From Octopus sinensis (lineage: Eukaryota), in the NCBI RefSeq assembly GCF_006345805.1, contig NC_043010.1, positions 16,492,001 to 16,556,000 of the forward strand: 64,000 nucleotides of DNA, given 5' to 3'. This document shows positions 26,793 to 39,189 of this stretch, one piece after another. Under the pieces are notes generated by a model, which worked only from the letters and a program-made list of their open reading frames with translations, searched no databases and was not told where the DNA came from. The position numbers and the translations under genes were made by a program. How positions within the stretch are numbered: the stretch's first letter is position 1; each line of letters begins with the position of its first letter.

Positions 26793-27188
26793 GGATCTTT
26801 TCGGTTTGAACGGTAGTTTTTTTCTAGCGGTGTCATATGAAATTGTCACCCATAATTATAACCCTAGTATCGATCTATTGCATTTCAATCTGTTTTAGGG
26901 TCAGGGTATCTTTTTCTTCACAAATGTAAATAAACCCAATCTGTTTCTTAAGCGAGGGACATATTCATACGGCACAGAATGTTTTTTACCTCAATAGACG
27001 TCAGTGATTGGTTGAAATTGCAAAAATTGAAGGAAAAAGCAACAAATATCTTACAAACTATAGAATTTTCTCAATAAAGCCAAGAGAAAAAGATGTTTTA
27101 TATACACATTCTACCAGTATACGAAGTTTTAAATATTTTAGTTACCTAGAAATTATGTTAAAAACTGCCGTTCAAACCGAAAAGACCC
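26793..27188. mobile_element. Merlin-like MITE copy 4 (396 bp)
   Basis: TIRs with 2 mismatches; near-TSD TTTTTTTC / TCTTTTTC. Confidence 0.85.
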
Positions 27189-28032
27189 TCTTTTTCATTA
27201 TAAATTTCATTTTGATACACACTTTTGTTATCAATTATATAGATAATTGCAAACATGGTCTGTAAAGATAACTTATTTTTATACAATATCTATGTGTACA
27301 TTTTCATAAATGTTTCTCTTGCGCGAATCACCCCTACAAATACCCGCACATAGTTCTTGGGGGCTTAACAATCATGGCTGAAGTACAATTTTGGAATTAA
27401 GAATGGTATGTAAAAATAGCTTCTTCTGCACACTACTCAACTTCAATTGAAATGACCTTTTTTTATTTTGTAATTTGTGTTTGTGATGAACGTACATAAA
27501 AACCTGATCCTCGATATAAACTTAAAATGAAGTTTTTTCAGAAATCGTGTCGTTTAGCTGTTGTTTCTAGCATGTCGGAAGTGACATTTGCGCCCCACCC
27601 TTTTCTTTTGCCAAAATTTCCTCGGATTCCTGTTTTCGATACAGGAGATTAGGATTTTGCCCCCAAAATACGCTTTCAAGATTTCAATTTCCCCCTCCTC
27701 ACACCAATTTTTAAATTTTTAACTTTTTCGCTTTTTTTTTTTTTTGTAATTCACGTAGAAAAATACAGAGATTACGAATCTTTTTCTTTTTGAATATTTC
27801 TTAAAGAAATACTTAAATCTCCTTCCTCGACCTCCACACTTTCAAAAAGCTAAGCTCTCTGGGGAAAGCGGGGTAGTTTTTTCAGAAATCGTGTCGTTTA
27901 GCTGTTGTTTCTTGTATGTCGAGTTTTCTGGTGGTGGTCTGATGCTTTTTTTTCGTCTGCTATTTCTGTAGAATTCTACGCATGCGTGAAACATCAGGCG
28001 TAAATGAAACATTCGGAGTTTTTAGCTTTTTC

Positions 28033-28585
28033 GGATCTTTTCTAAAAGATGGACAGAATTTTCTACTTAACTAAATAATTTGAAACTTCGTATACTGGTA
28101 GAATGTGTCAAAAGAAAACATTAATTTCAATTAGTTTTTTTGAGAAAAATGTATTTTGTAACTTTTACGTAGTTTAATTCTTCGAATTTTAACCAATCGT
28201 ATTCTCTGTTTTGAGCTCAATTCATTCTGCCGTGTTATTCATCCTTATCACTGTCTTCTGTGTTCTGTCTTCAAAGGCTTCTCGCATGTTTATTTCAATG
28301 TCATCCCTGACTTACGGAACGATTACCTGTGTGTGTGTGTTTTTGTTGTGTATGTGTGATAAGACAGTGATAAGGATGAATAACACGCCAGAATGAATTG
28401 AGCTCAAAACAGAGAATACGATTGGTTAAAATTCGAAGAATTAAACTACGTAAAAGTTACAAAATACATTTTTCTCAAAAAAACTAATTGAAATTAATGT
28501 TTTCTTTTGACACAGTCTACCAGTATACGAAGTTTCAAATTATTTAGTTAAGTAGAAAATTCTGTCCATCTTTTAGAAAAGATCC
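28033..28585. mobile_element. Foldback element, 225-bp TIRs, related to the Merlin-like MITE
   Basis: 28033-28257 vs 28361-28585, two mismatches found by eye; 103-bp spacer; same GGATCTTTTC terminus and CTACCAGTATACGAAGTTT motif. Confidence 0.9.
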
Positions 28586-29029
28586 GGGGAGGTGATGGGT
28601 GAGCAAGGGGTGGAGGGAAAGGCATTGAGTGTTTCTTTAAGAAAATTTTTTTTTTTAATCCCAGATTCATAATCTCTGTATTTTTCTACGTGGATTTTTT
28701 AAAAATCAGAAAAAAAAAGTTTAAAATTTAGAAATTGGGGTGGAGAGGAGGGAATTGAAATTTTGAAAACGTGATTTTGGGGCAAAATCGTATTCTCCTA
28801 TGTCGAAAACAAAAACCCGAAGAAATCTTGGAAAAATAAAAACGGAAGTGAGTAGTGTGCACGCGCTTTACCTTTGCCCAGCTCTTTATTTCTAGTAATA
28901 TAGGTGTTTCTAACACCCTAGTCACATTTAGTGACAATTATAGTTTTCCTTTTTAGTGAAACATTGCAAACTGCTGTCTGTTTTTATTTTCACCATGTTG
29001 GACCGTTGAACTACACAATTTAAAAAAAT

Positions 29030-29190
29030 TCTATTTTATTCTCTCAATTTATTTTCTCTTATTTCTCTCTGTCGAAGAGTGTAGGCTCGAAACGTACAAG
29101 ACTTTTCCATTTTCCACGTCAAAGTATAATACATTTGCTTGTTGTTCCCTACTCTTGTCTTCGTTTTTTGATTCTCTATAAATTTCAACT
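29030..29190 (+). mobile_element. Penelope-like terminal repeat with variant hammerhead core
   Basis: CTGTCGA-A-GAGT-GTAG-GCTC-GAAACGTA at 29069-29096. Confidence 0.6.
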
Positions 29191-31228
29191 ATTTATATAT
29201 ACACACACACGTTAATTAACGATTTAACTTTTAAGTTAACTTTGAAAATCATCAGCGGAATAATTAACTTCCGTTAACTCGAGTCCTTTAACCCCAAAAT
29301 TTCGTAAAAACCAGTAAACGTTTTAAAGTTTCTACTGTTTTCAGATTGTCTTACAATATTTAATATTGTACGCGTCATTATTTCAACCCCGATATAACGC
29401 CACTTATTAGTATGAATAACTTGTAGGACCTTGTTTGGCCCTGTCTGGATTGGAAGCCAAATCTACGCGCTTGTTGCTGGCAAAGACAACGGGAAATTTG
29501 TCCTGTCAAGAGGGAACAGTGATTGATGTTTCCACTTGATTCGTGACCTCGCTGAGATGGATGTCAACAGAGAAAATATTGACTTCCATAAAGTGGAAAA
29601 AGTAAATGGAAGGAAAAAAGTTGGTAAATATTTCGGTGTGAACGCAAGTAGCTATTACGTAGCAGCAGAGCATGCTAGGAATAGCAGCCAAATATTTCCT
29701 TTTCTGAAAAAAGGAGCCGTTTACGCGTGATTTCGATGTCACGTTCGTTGAAAGCATGCAAAGGCCCGAGAAACAAAACTCCCTTGGTGGGAAACTTCGA
29801 GGTTCCCACCACCTCTCACCTTTCTTTTCCGGAAAAAAACGTGACTTGCGGCGGGTTTGGATGTCAGATACGCTGAATGCACCCGAAAAAAACTGTGGAA
29901 AAAAGTTATTCCACACCGAGGTGCGAAATATTTACCGAAAGAATAAAATCTTGTACCGATTATTCCTGTATTTTAATTAATTCAAATTAATGTACCTCAT
30001 CTTCAAAAGTGGCAAAATGTTTGTCGGTTGCCATCTGGGATGATTTTAGTAACAAATCAAACAGGTGATGCATTAAGAATTTCAATTTTAGTGTTTATCC
30101 ATAATGTTATTGCTTTTACACCTGTTAATTAAATTTACCTGCCCATAAAAGTCAAATTTACTCAGCAAGATCAGCTAAAATTACATAGGCACCCACTGAC
30201 AAAATTTCAAATCTGTATGTAAAAAAATTACAAAATTACAAGCAAATATTGTGGATACCCCTCTTGAACCTGAATAATTCAAAATAACGGGAACAAATAC
30301 GCATCACATTTGACAGATTAATAAGAACATTAAAGATACTGTAGGTGTTTTTTTTTCTCTTACACACACACATAACACGGCCTCGCTTGGTTGGGACTAT
30401 ACGTGTGTTTCTTTGAGATCATCATTCCATAAAATTTGTTTATGGGAAGTAAAATATTGAAAAATATCATTAAATGTGTGCGAAAGAAACGAGGAGGGAG
30501 GTTTTGGGATGTGCTAGAAACAAAAGCCAAATCTCCCTTAATTCACACATTTTGCTCTGAAATTATTAACGATTTTTTAAAACCAAAAATGTTTCTCTCA
30601 CGGGTTTTAAGTGCCTAGTGAAAAAAAATGGCCGAAATCGTTTCGGACTGGGGTAGTGGGGGTGAAAAAAATTTTCGAAATGTTTTTTCGTGAAAAGATG
30701 CGGCAAGACTTCCGCCAAACCCTCTCCGCCTCCATAAATTTTGCCTACAGATTTCTTTGTAATCGTAATCTACACCGTTTGAAAGGTATTTAAATAAAAT
30801 TTCATTGAAAAATACCTATTTTCCAGAAAGTTATGAGGGGGGAAATGTCAGGTCCTGTGAATTTTCCGAAACTCCTCATCCCAACCCCTCGGAAAATGTC
30901 TTTCCAACAAATCTTTATATACACTCAATCTACAGGATATAAACGATTATTTGGTGAAAGTTTCGTTAAAAAGCATCCATTCTTCTGGAAGTTGAGGCAA
31001 CAAAGTTGGTGGGGTATTAAACTGTAGTTATGCCTTCAATAAAAGTTACGTTACCTTCCGTTACATTTTCAAAGGATTAACGACTATCGAATTTTTCGAT
31101 TAACGGTGTCCACTTCTGTTTATATATATATATCGTACTCTTGCTTGTTTCAGGTGACTTACCACTGCTACTTGTACCATTCTGAACGCTTCGAGTAGTG
31201 TTCTGTTAGAGAACTTTAGTCTGTTTTA

Positions 31229-31236
31229 TTGAAGAG

Positions 31237-31278
<42 letters not shown>

Positions 31279-31359
31279 ATGTGTGTGTGTGTGTGTATGT
31301 ATATGTGTGTGTGTGTGTGTGGTGTATGTATATGTGTGTGTGTGTGTGTTATGTATATG

Positions 31360-31392
<33 letters not shown>

Positions 31393-31441
31393 ATGTATGT
31401 GTGTGTGTGTGTGTGTATGTATATGTGTGTGTGTGTGTGTA

Positions 31442-31490
<49 letters not shown>

Positions 31491-31772
31491 ATATGTGTGT
31501 GTGTGTGTGTATGTATATGTGTGTGTGTGTGTATGTATATGTGTGTGTGTGTGTGTATGTATATGTGTGTGTGTATGTATATGTATGCGTGTGTGTGTAT
31601 GTATATGTATATGTGTGTGTGTGTGTATGTATATGTATATGTGTGTGTGTGTGTATGTATATGTATATGTGTGTGTGTGTGTATGTGTATGTATATGTGT
31701 GTCTGTATGTGTATGTATATGTGTGTGTGTGTGTGTATGTATATGTATATGTGTGTATACGTGTGTGTGTAT
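31229..31772. repeat. (TA)n plus long (GT)n/ATGTAT compound microsatellite
   Basis: Directly visible. Confidence 0.95.
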
Positions 31773-31773
31773 A

Positions 31774-32706
31774 CTAGCTGAATGACCCGGCATTGTCCAG
31801 CTTATTGCTGTTATTCAGATTTGTAAACAATAAATATGAAGCTCAAATGAATAAATTGTTGCTGTTTCTAACTCGTGAGCAAGCAACATGGAGTTGGCCG
31901 TGTGAGAAGCACGTAGTAGAGAGATCAAGTCCAACTACCTTGAGGGATTGATCCTGAGATTTGTTGATTGAAGGTACATTCACACACACGTACTCTCTCA
32001 CATGCATAACTAAAACAGACACACACAGACATACATTCATGCACACCCCATGGTAAAACACACACACTCTCTCTCTCTGAATGTCAAACACTTTCATTGT
32101 ATCTCTCTCCCTCTGTGTGTGTCTCTTTCTTTAGATGTGTGTATGTCAGTCGTCACAAAAATGTTTGTGTACTCACACACACATACACATATATGTCAGT
32201 CGTCACATGTAGATGAGGCCTAACGTACGTAACGAACGCACGCATACACACACACTCACAGACACACTTATATAAAAAAAATGTGACGTCGTGGTGGTAT
32301 AAAATGTCCTTTACTACACTCACACATATAAGGCGCTCACATACATTATACTAAGATACACACAGACATACATTCACACACTTCAGGGTAACTCTCTCTC
32401 TCTCTCTCTCTCTTTGAATATTTAACACTTTAATTGTATCTCTGTATAACGACCTATCTCTTTCCCTCTGTGTGTGTGTTTCTTTCTCTCTTTAGAGGTG
32501 TGTGTGTATATCAGTCGTCATAAAAATGCATGTATACTCACATACAGTCATCACATGTATATGTATGTGTAGATGTGTGTTTAATTCTCTGAGGCTTAAC
32601 GTACGTAACGAACGCGGAAACACACAAACATATACACTCTCATATACAAAATGTGACGTAGTTGTAGTGGTGGTATAAAATGTCATTTACTATAGTTGAC
32701 TATAGA
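31774..32706 (-). mobile_element. Deleted Helitron retaining the helicase C-terminus
   Basis: Minus-strand [33 protein letters not shown] (PIF1/Helitron motifs V-VI); 3' end ...GCCGGGTCATTCAGCTAG|T at 31774; internal ~300-bp tandem duplication (~32060-32330 / 32395-32690); 5' end approximate. Confidence 0.8.
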
Positions 32707-35079
32707 AAGATTATCTCTATGTATTTAATCCAAATGAAAATAAAAATTGCATGTTGACACTCGCGGGGTCCAATACTATTACCTTGTAGAATTTGATCCG
32801 ATTTGGTCGAGCTGTTTGAGAATGCATAGGAAACAGAGACAAATAATTTTATACAGAGTGAGATATACCACATTAGGCGAAGGTAAAATATATTTAAGAT
32901 TTGACGTCAAAAACTTTAAACCTGCTTTTCTTCATGTATGTATAATCAGATATAAATATATATACATTATTAGATTAAGTAGCTACACCCTATATAATAA
33001 CAATAATAATAATCTCTGTTATTCCGACTCACTGATTTGATTAAATTAGTGATATTTAATTTGCTTTGCAGCTTTGTTTTTATCTGTCACTTCATCATTT
33101 TTATTATTTTTCTCTAGATCTCTCTTCATTTTTCTCTCCATCTCTAAATTGTTCACTCTCAACATTACACACACGCACACACATTCAGATTTAGATTCCT
33201 CTTCTCTTAAATTGAATTACCCCTCCCCCGCTCTCATTCTTCTTTCGTCTATTATCTTCCTCTTCACGCCTTCACACTTTTCTTTTTCACTCCCACCCTT
33301 TTGTCATTATTCTGGTTTCTCACTATCTGACCATGCCTCAAGTGTTTGAGCGTCCGTTTTACTATAATTATACTCCAGCCTTTGATATGGATATTCACGC
33401 AAAGTTATTTCACATGGACAGTTGTAGGAGTCAGTGTCGAATTTCAGGCTGCTTTAGCTGTAAGACAACTTTGGCTCAGCCTTTGTGTATATATATAACT
33501 TTATGAATGCCGACTTCCCCTCCCCCATCTCTCTTACACACTTACATACACCAACGTTGAATGCATTAATAAAAAAAACTGTACAGTTCATTTCTGTCCT
33601 AGTAGTTCTTAAGTTTTCGGTTTCAAGCCTTGTTCCATTTTCTTTTGGTTAATTTTTTTCTGCTCTCCTCACTCACTTGATGTATGTTTTCCTTTTCCCT
33701 TTCTTTCAGTCTTCCACTTCTCAACATTGCTTTTTCTTTCTACATTACATATTTTATCACGTTACCATTCTAATTCTCATTATTTATTGTGGAGTACTCT
33801 ATGTATTCTCTCCCTTGTATTAACTTTTCCTCGTGGTTCTCCCATCCCCTTATATTATACTGTCTGTTCAATCTCGCTTCCTGACTGCTGGACATTTTCT
33901 GTATTTCCTTCTATCCTTTCAGTCAATCTCCCTCTATCTACTGATTGGTTTATTATGTTTATTCCAGTGTCTGCAAAGTGACATTATTTCACCTCTTCTG
34001 TTGAGTAAGCATATTTTTTCGTAATCATGGTATATTTTATGTTCAGGAGTTTTTTCTGAAACCATTTATGTAAGAAGTGAAACTGTCTATTATTAACCTG
34101 TTCAGTTCTATCTGCACACGTATTGTCCTACCAGACCCAATGACTAACTCTGATTTGTATTAATTGTATTCAGTGTTGAAAGGGTTAAGTCTCAGACATG
34201 CTTTACTTGTGTGTGTATTTAACTTTGTGTGTGTTGCTTTCATATAGTTTTTGTCAGTTTTGTTACCCTTGCAGTAGTTTATTGTCTTGTAGATTACTTC
34301 GTTTTTTTTTTTAGTCAAATTCCACTACGGCACTTGTGCTTGTTTCGGGTTGGCTGCGGATTTCTTGATATATCGTCCTCTGTGACTTTCTTGCGTGTTT
34401 TCTCTTTTTTGTACACCTATAGCTAACTTTTGTGTTGTTCCTATTTAATAGCTATCAGTTGTCAGTTGAAGTGTTAGAACATCCCCCCCCCCTCTGTCAC
34501 TATGTTTAGGTTGAAGGATTTGTTGAACCAGGTGAATTATTTTTTTTTCTGGTCTTGTTTGGCTTTGGGTATATATTCCATCTCCCCTTTTAAACCCTTC
34601 ATTTTAGGATCTAATTTTCAATAATTTTGCGGAGTTTCTTTGTTTTATGTTGCTGATTAAGTTTTTAATTATTGAATTTGGAATGTGTGCCTGTTCAGTT
34701 TTCTTAGGTCCACTTATTCTACCTACTGCAGCAACCTCACAACACACTCTCTCACAGAAGACACTTCTCTCGCCCCTTCGCTTCCATCTCCATACACTGT
34801 CTCTTTTGTTACTCCCTACACTACTAATCTCTTACTACAAATCATCACTATTTTCATTCTATACTTTCCTTCAGTCAAGGTTGTTGTTTAGTCTTGTGAG
34901 TTACGAGGCGACCTCTCTGGTGATGGTGTCACGAAAGAGCATCTAGTGCCCTCTGTAGAGTGGTTTGTAAAAAGAAGGCCATTGAGCCGCATAAATCATG
35001 CAAAAACTCTCCTGAACTTTCTTGCCTTGTCTCAGAATTTGAAATCAACACACACGCATTTATATATATATGTATATAT

Positions 35080-35290
35080 ATATAAAGTTAATCCAAACAT
35101 GAAAACACAAAGAGAAAACACAACAACGCGAGGACGTGGAACAAGTATAGTATTATTGGACGCTCAGGAAAGAAGGAGGGTTTAACGTTTCGAGCGGAGC
35201 TCTTCGTCAGAAACATAGGAAAAGGAAAGATCCAAAGAAGGGAAGGCGGAGGAAAAAAATCGCCAACGGTACACACGCGGTCACATATAT
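35080..35290 (-). mobile_element. Penelope-like terminal repeat flanked by (TA)n
   Basis: Carries the CTGACGA...GAAACGT signature; see hammerhead entry. Confidence 0.7.
35180..35214 (-). ncRNA. Minimal type I hammerhead ribozyme motif
   Basis: GTTT-CTGACGA-A-GAGC-TCC-GCTC-GAA-ACGT-T-AAAC: intact core, 4-bp helix I, 4-bp helix II, palindromic ACGT helix III, GUU cleavage triplet. Confidence 0.7.
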
Positions 35291-36848
35291 ATATATGGAG
35301 AAAATATGTAGACTTTGGTCAGATGGAGGTGATGACTCTACCTTTGGCGTTTCTCATCCAAGTGCATCGAAGTTTGTCATTCAAGGATCGGTTTACCTAG
35401 TCTCTTAAGGACTTACCGCTCTTCTTTATGATCTTCGAACTGGAATAACTGCCACCACACACTTACACACACGCTGTTTCCATTGCTGGATTTGCCATGA
35501 TACACGTGGTAAATTGTAACAAATACCTCAATGATAAAGCAAAGTGTTGTTTGTAAGACAAAATAATTTGCTTATATTAACAGAGTGTGAAATAAATAAA
35601 ATTCATATAACAGGTTATATATTTCGTTGTGGACTGTGAAAGAAAACTGAAGTTTTATTCCATTTGTTCAATAAATTTCATAGGTTTTTGTCTATGGAGT
35701 CCAGGTCCAGAACATGTCTACCTTGGTCTTTCACAGTTTGTTCTTAATATCTTGTCAGACAAAAGGAAAAAAATGTCGAGGTTGGCGGGGAGGTCGCCAT
35801 TGTTGCACTCTGCTTTGGGCATCAGATTTAATCCACTTGTTAACGATATATAATGTATAGCTTGACATTTCTTACATGTGGAGCTAGCTGTATATATTTA
35901 TACACATCATTACCAACTCGACTTGTGCTATTTTTCCCTTTGTCTCTCCATCACGCTCTCTCTCTCTCTCTCTCTCCCCCCCCTCTCTCTCTCTCTAGTG
36001 TGTGTATGTTTGTGTGTTACTCTAGGTTGGAGGTGGAGGCAATAATTTGTAGTCCTTGCTGTCATCCACTGAAATATCACCTTAGTGACCTCCCTCACTC
36101 CACTGGAACATTTATTCACCCCCTCTTACCCCCGAAGGGCTTTTTTACTCACGTCATGTGCTGCTTGAACTATCCTCCCCTCTCCCCTCTCCCCCCCACT
36201 TTCACTGCGTACGTGGTAGACAGTGAGTGTTATTATCCCGTTAGTGTGTGTGTGTGCGCCGTTGCGTTTGGGTGTCGCTATGTCAGTGGTGTCGGTTTTA
36301 GACAGAAATAAATGTTTGACATGTTTGAGCATGCGACAGCTACAGACATACCTATATACAGTTACACACACATACACACACAGCTAAACAGTCTGTTGCC
36401 TCTGCATAGGAACATCGCGTAATGTCCTAACCACCCCTATGCTCAGCCGTGCACACTCACTCTCCCACACATTACAACTGACATAAACAGACATTATTAA
36501 CATTAGTTGGACCAGCTCTCACCGCACACCAAATAAGACACGCACTATACACACATGTATATACAAGTCCTAAACCGATTTACTGTTAGTGTCTGGCTAA
36601 TAACCTTGACTTTCTTTCCTTCCATTCCCTACACATAACATACATTGAACATTGCCAATATTTCTCTGCGGGTCTTCTTTTGTGTTACTTCTGTTACATC
36701 GACATTCACATATATACCTATAAAATGTCAATACCCCATCCGGCTAAATTCTGGAGGTCTTTAATTAGCCTCCTGTTTCTTTGACCTTGCTTCTTGATAT
36801 CTAATACTAACGAAAGCAACACACTCTCTCTCTGTCTCTATCTATCTA

Positions 36849-36944
<96 letters not shown>

Positions 36945-37439
36945 AATCTAATCTATTATCTCTTCACTGTCACATCTGTCTGGTGTGATGTGTCTGATGG
37001 AAAGAGTAGTAAAAGGAACGGCATGATTTATCTGGGAAGCGAGGTGGAAATATTATCTAAAAACAGTTAATTTCTTGGCTGGAATGGCGTCTGGCTTTGA
37101 AATACTGCTTCAATAAGTCTTGTCCAACCCATGCCAGCATGGTGGTAGTAAAGATGCTTCTATATGGTCATTTGAAATACAAGAAATAGCAGTCAAATTT
37201 CCTTCAAACAACAGATTCCTGTATTATAAAAGGCACATTTGGTAATGTAGTGTTAGATATACGTTTTAAATAGTTTTATCAGATGGGCAGCACCCGTTAT
37301 CAATTGTTGTTGTTGGCGGTGGCAATGACCCCACCGCCACCACTGCAGCTGTCGTCATCCGCAACTCTTATGTTGCATAAAAACATTCTCAAAGTTGAGA
37401 CTTGACTGCAATGTCTACTACAGATGGGATTCAAATCAA

Positions 37440-37715
37440 AGTTTTAGGATTGCAATTCTGTTTTAGTGGGTGGGTGGGTCTTCTGGAGTACAACAATGCA
37501 CCACATATCTCGGTCCTTTGTCATCTCCTTCATAAGGTTCAACATTTTGAGATCAACCTTCAGTACTTCATTCCAGATCTTCCTGGGTCTTCCTCTTCCG
37601 CAACTTCTCTCCCCTTTGAGTGATTGGCACTTCTTTATGCAACTGTCCTCATCCATCCACATCACCTGATCAAACCAGTACATTCTCCTCTCATGCATCC
37701 TGCATATAATTTCTC
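37440..37715 (-). mobile_element. RTE LINE 3' fragment
   Basis: WFDQVMWMDEDSCIKKC...GRGRPRKIWNEVLKVDL...DRDMW. Confidence 0.85.
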
Positions 37716-37854
37716 TTGGTGACTTGTAGGGATGCAGTATTTTGCTATGTAACCAAAAAGATACTATAAAGTATATTAAGCATTTTTATAAGTCAGTGCC
37801 ATGTCCTTCAGTGTTAGCAATGCATTTTACATCACTTGTTAAGGTTCTCTCCAT

Positions 37855-37968
37855 AGATATTCTATAGAAATTATGGCCAGTACTGGTTTTTGTTATGACG
37901 TTTTCATATTTCATAACCAAAACGTCATTACAAAATCCAGTGGTGGCTATGATTTCTATAGAATATCT
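37855..37968 (+). other. 114-nt hairpin (50-bp stem, 14-nt loop), pre-miRNA-like or MITE-like
   Basis: Arms 37855-37904 and 37919-37968; on + strand 44 Watson-Crick pairs, 3 G-U and 3 mismatches. Confidence 0.6.
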
Positions 37969-38179
37969 TTTACTTATTTCAGTCATTTGACTGGGGCCAT
38001 GCTGGAGCACTGCCTTTTAGTCGAAGAAATCGACCCTTGGCTTTATTCTTTGTAAGCCTGGTACTTATTCTATCAGTTTTTCTACTGAACTGCCAAACAC
38101 TCCAACATCGGTTGTCAAGCGATGGGGGTGGGGGAAAACACAGACATACATACATACACACACACACATATATATATAT

Positions 38180-38850
38180 ATACTGCTATGATCATGTGTT
38201 GTGTATAGATGAGGACAGCTGGGTACAAAAGTGTTACACCCTAGCAGGAAGAGGTAGACCCAAGAAGACCTGGCATGAGGTGGTGAAGCACAATCTTAAA
38301 ACTTTGGGCCTCACCAAGGCGATGATAAGTGACCGAGACCTTTGGAGATATGCTGTGCTTGAGAAGACCCAGCAAGCCAAGTGAGACCGTAACCATGGCC
38401 TATGCCAGTGCTGCATAACCAGCCCATTTAAGAGCACCCTTCAGTCATTGAGCAATAAACTGCTCTTGTTGAGGCCAGTGATGTCGTTGTCATGGCCAAT
38501 GAGAGTACTGCCTGGTTGGCACCCATGCCAGTGGCACGTAAAAAGCACCATTCAAGCATGGTCAATGCCAGTGCCAGCTGACTGGTCTTGTGTCAGTGGT
38601 ATGTAAAAAGCACCATTTGAGCGTGGTTAATGCCAATACTGCCTGACTGGCCCTCATGCCAGTGGCATGTAAAAAGCACCCACTACATTCTTGAAGTGGT
38701 TGGCGTTAGGAAGGGCATCCAGCTGTAGAAACATTGCCAGATCAGATTGGAGCCTGGGGCAGCCTTCTGGCTCGCCATCCCGCAGTCAAACCGTCCAACC
38801 CATGCCAGTATGGAAAGAGGACGATGATGATGAGGATGATTATGATATAT
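38180..38850 (+). mobile_element. RTE LINE 3' end with 3'UTR minisatellite and (GAT)n tail
   Basis: DHVLCIDEDSWVQKC...GRGRPKKTWHEVVK...DRDLWR; 3'UTR repeats GCCAGTGGCACGTAAAAAGCACC; tail GATGATGA. Confidence 0.85.
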
Positions 38851-39189
38851 ATATATAACAGGCTTCTTTCAGCTTCTGTCTACCAAATCCACTCACAAGG
38901 CTTTCGTTGGTCCAAGGCTATAGTTGATGACACTTGTCCAAGGTGTTACGAAGTGGGTCTGAACCCAGAACCACGTGGTTGGGAAGCAAGTTTAGAGATA
39001 ACCTTAACAAGTGATACTTCCTCTTATGCCCAACATTTCTCTCAATACACCAATGCTCACACATCTACTGGAGTATACCAGCTTCATTCCTCTGCAGGCT
39101 TCACTTGTCCTTTGCATTCAGGGCCTACATCTCACTGCTATGCAGCATCACAGTACACATGCATCTTACAATTTTCCCTTCACTCAGAG

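Larger units (their letters stand above)
26510..28850. repeat. Cluster of three diverged copies of one unclassified repeat in alternating orientation
   Basis: 26510-26792(+), ~27530-28032(-) and 28586-28850(+) share GAAACAACAGCTAAACGAC, GGGGAGGTGATGGG and AATCTCTGTATTTTTCTACGTG blocks. Confidence 0.7.

Noticed and set aside
29786-29810. Su(H)/CSL paired site
   Set aside because: The sites are GGTGGGAA rather than YGTGRGAA, and the 9-bp spacer is shorter than the canonical paired-site spacing.
38500-38690. CRISPR-like repeat-spacer pattern (also 60410-60640)
   Set aside because: Degenerate minisatellite in an RTE 3'UTR; the spacers are related to each other, the context is eukaryotic and there are no cas genes.
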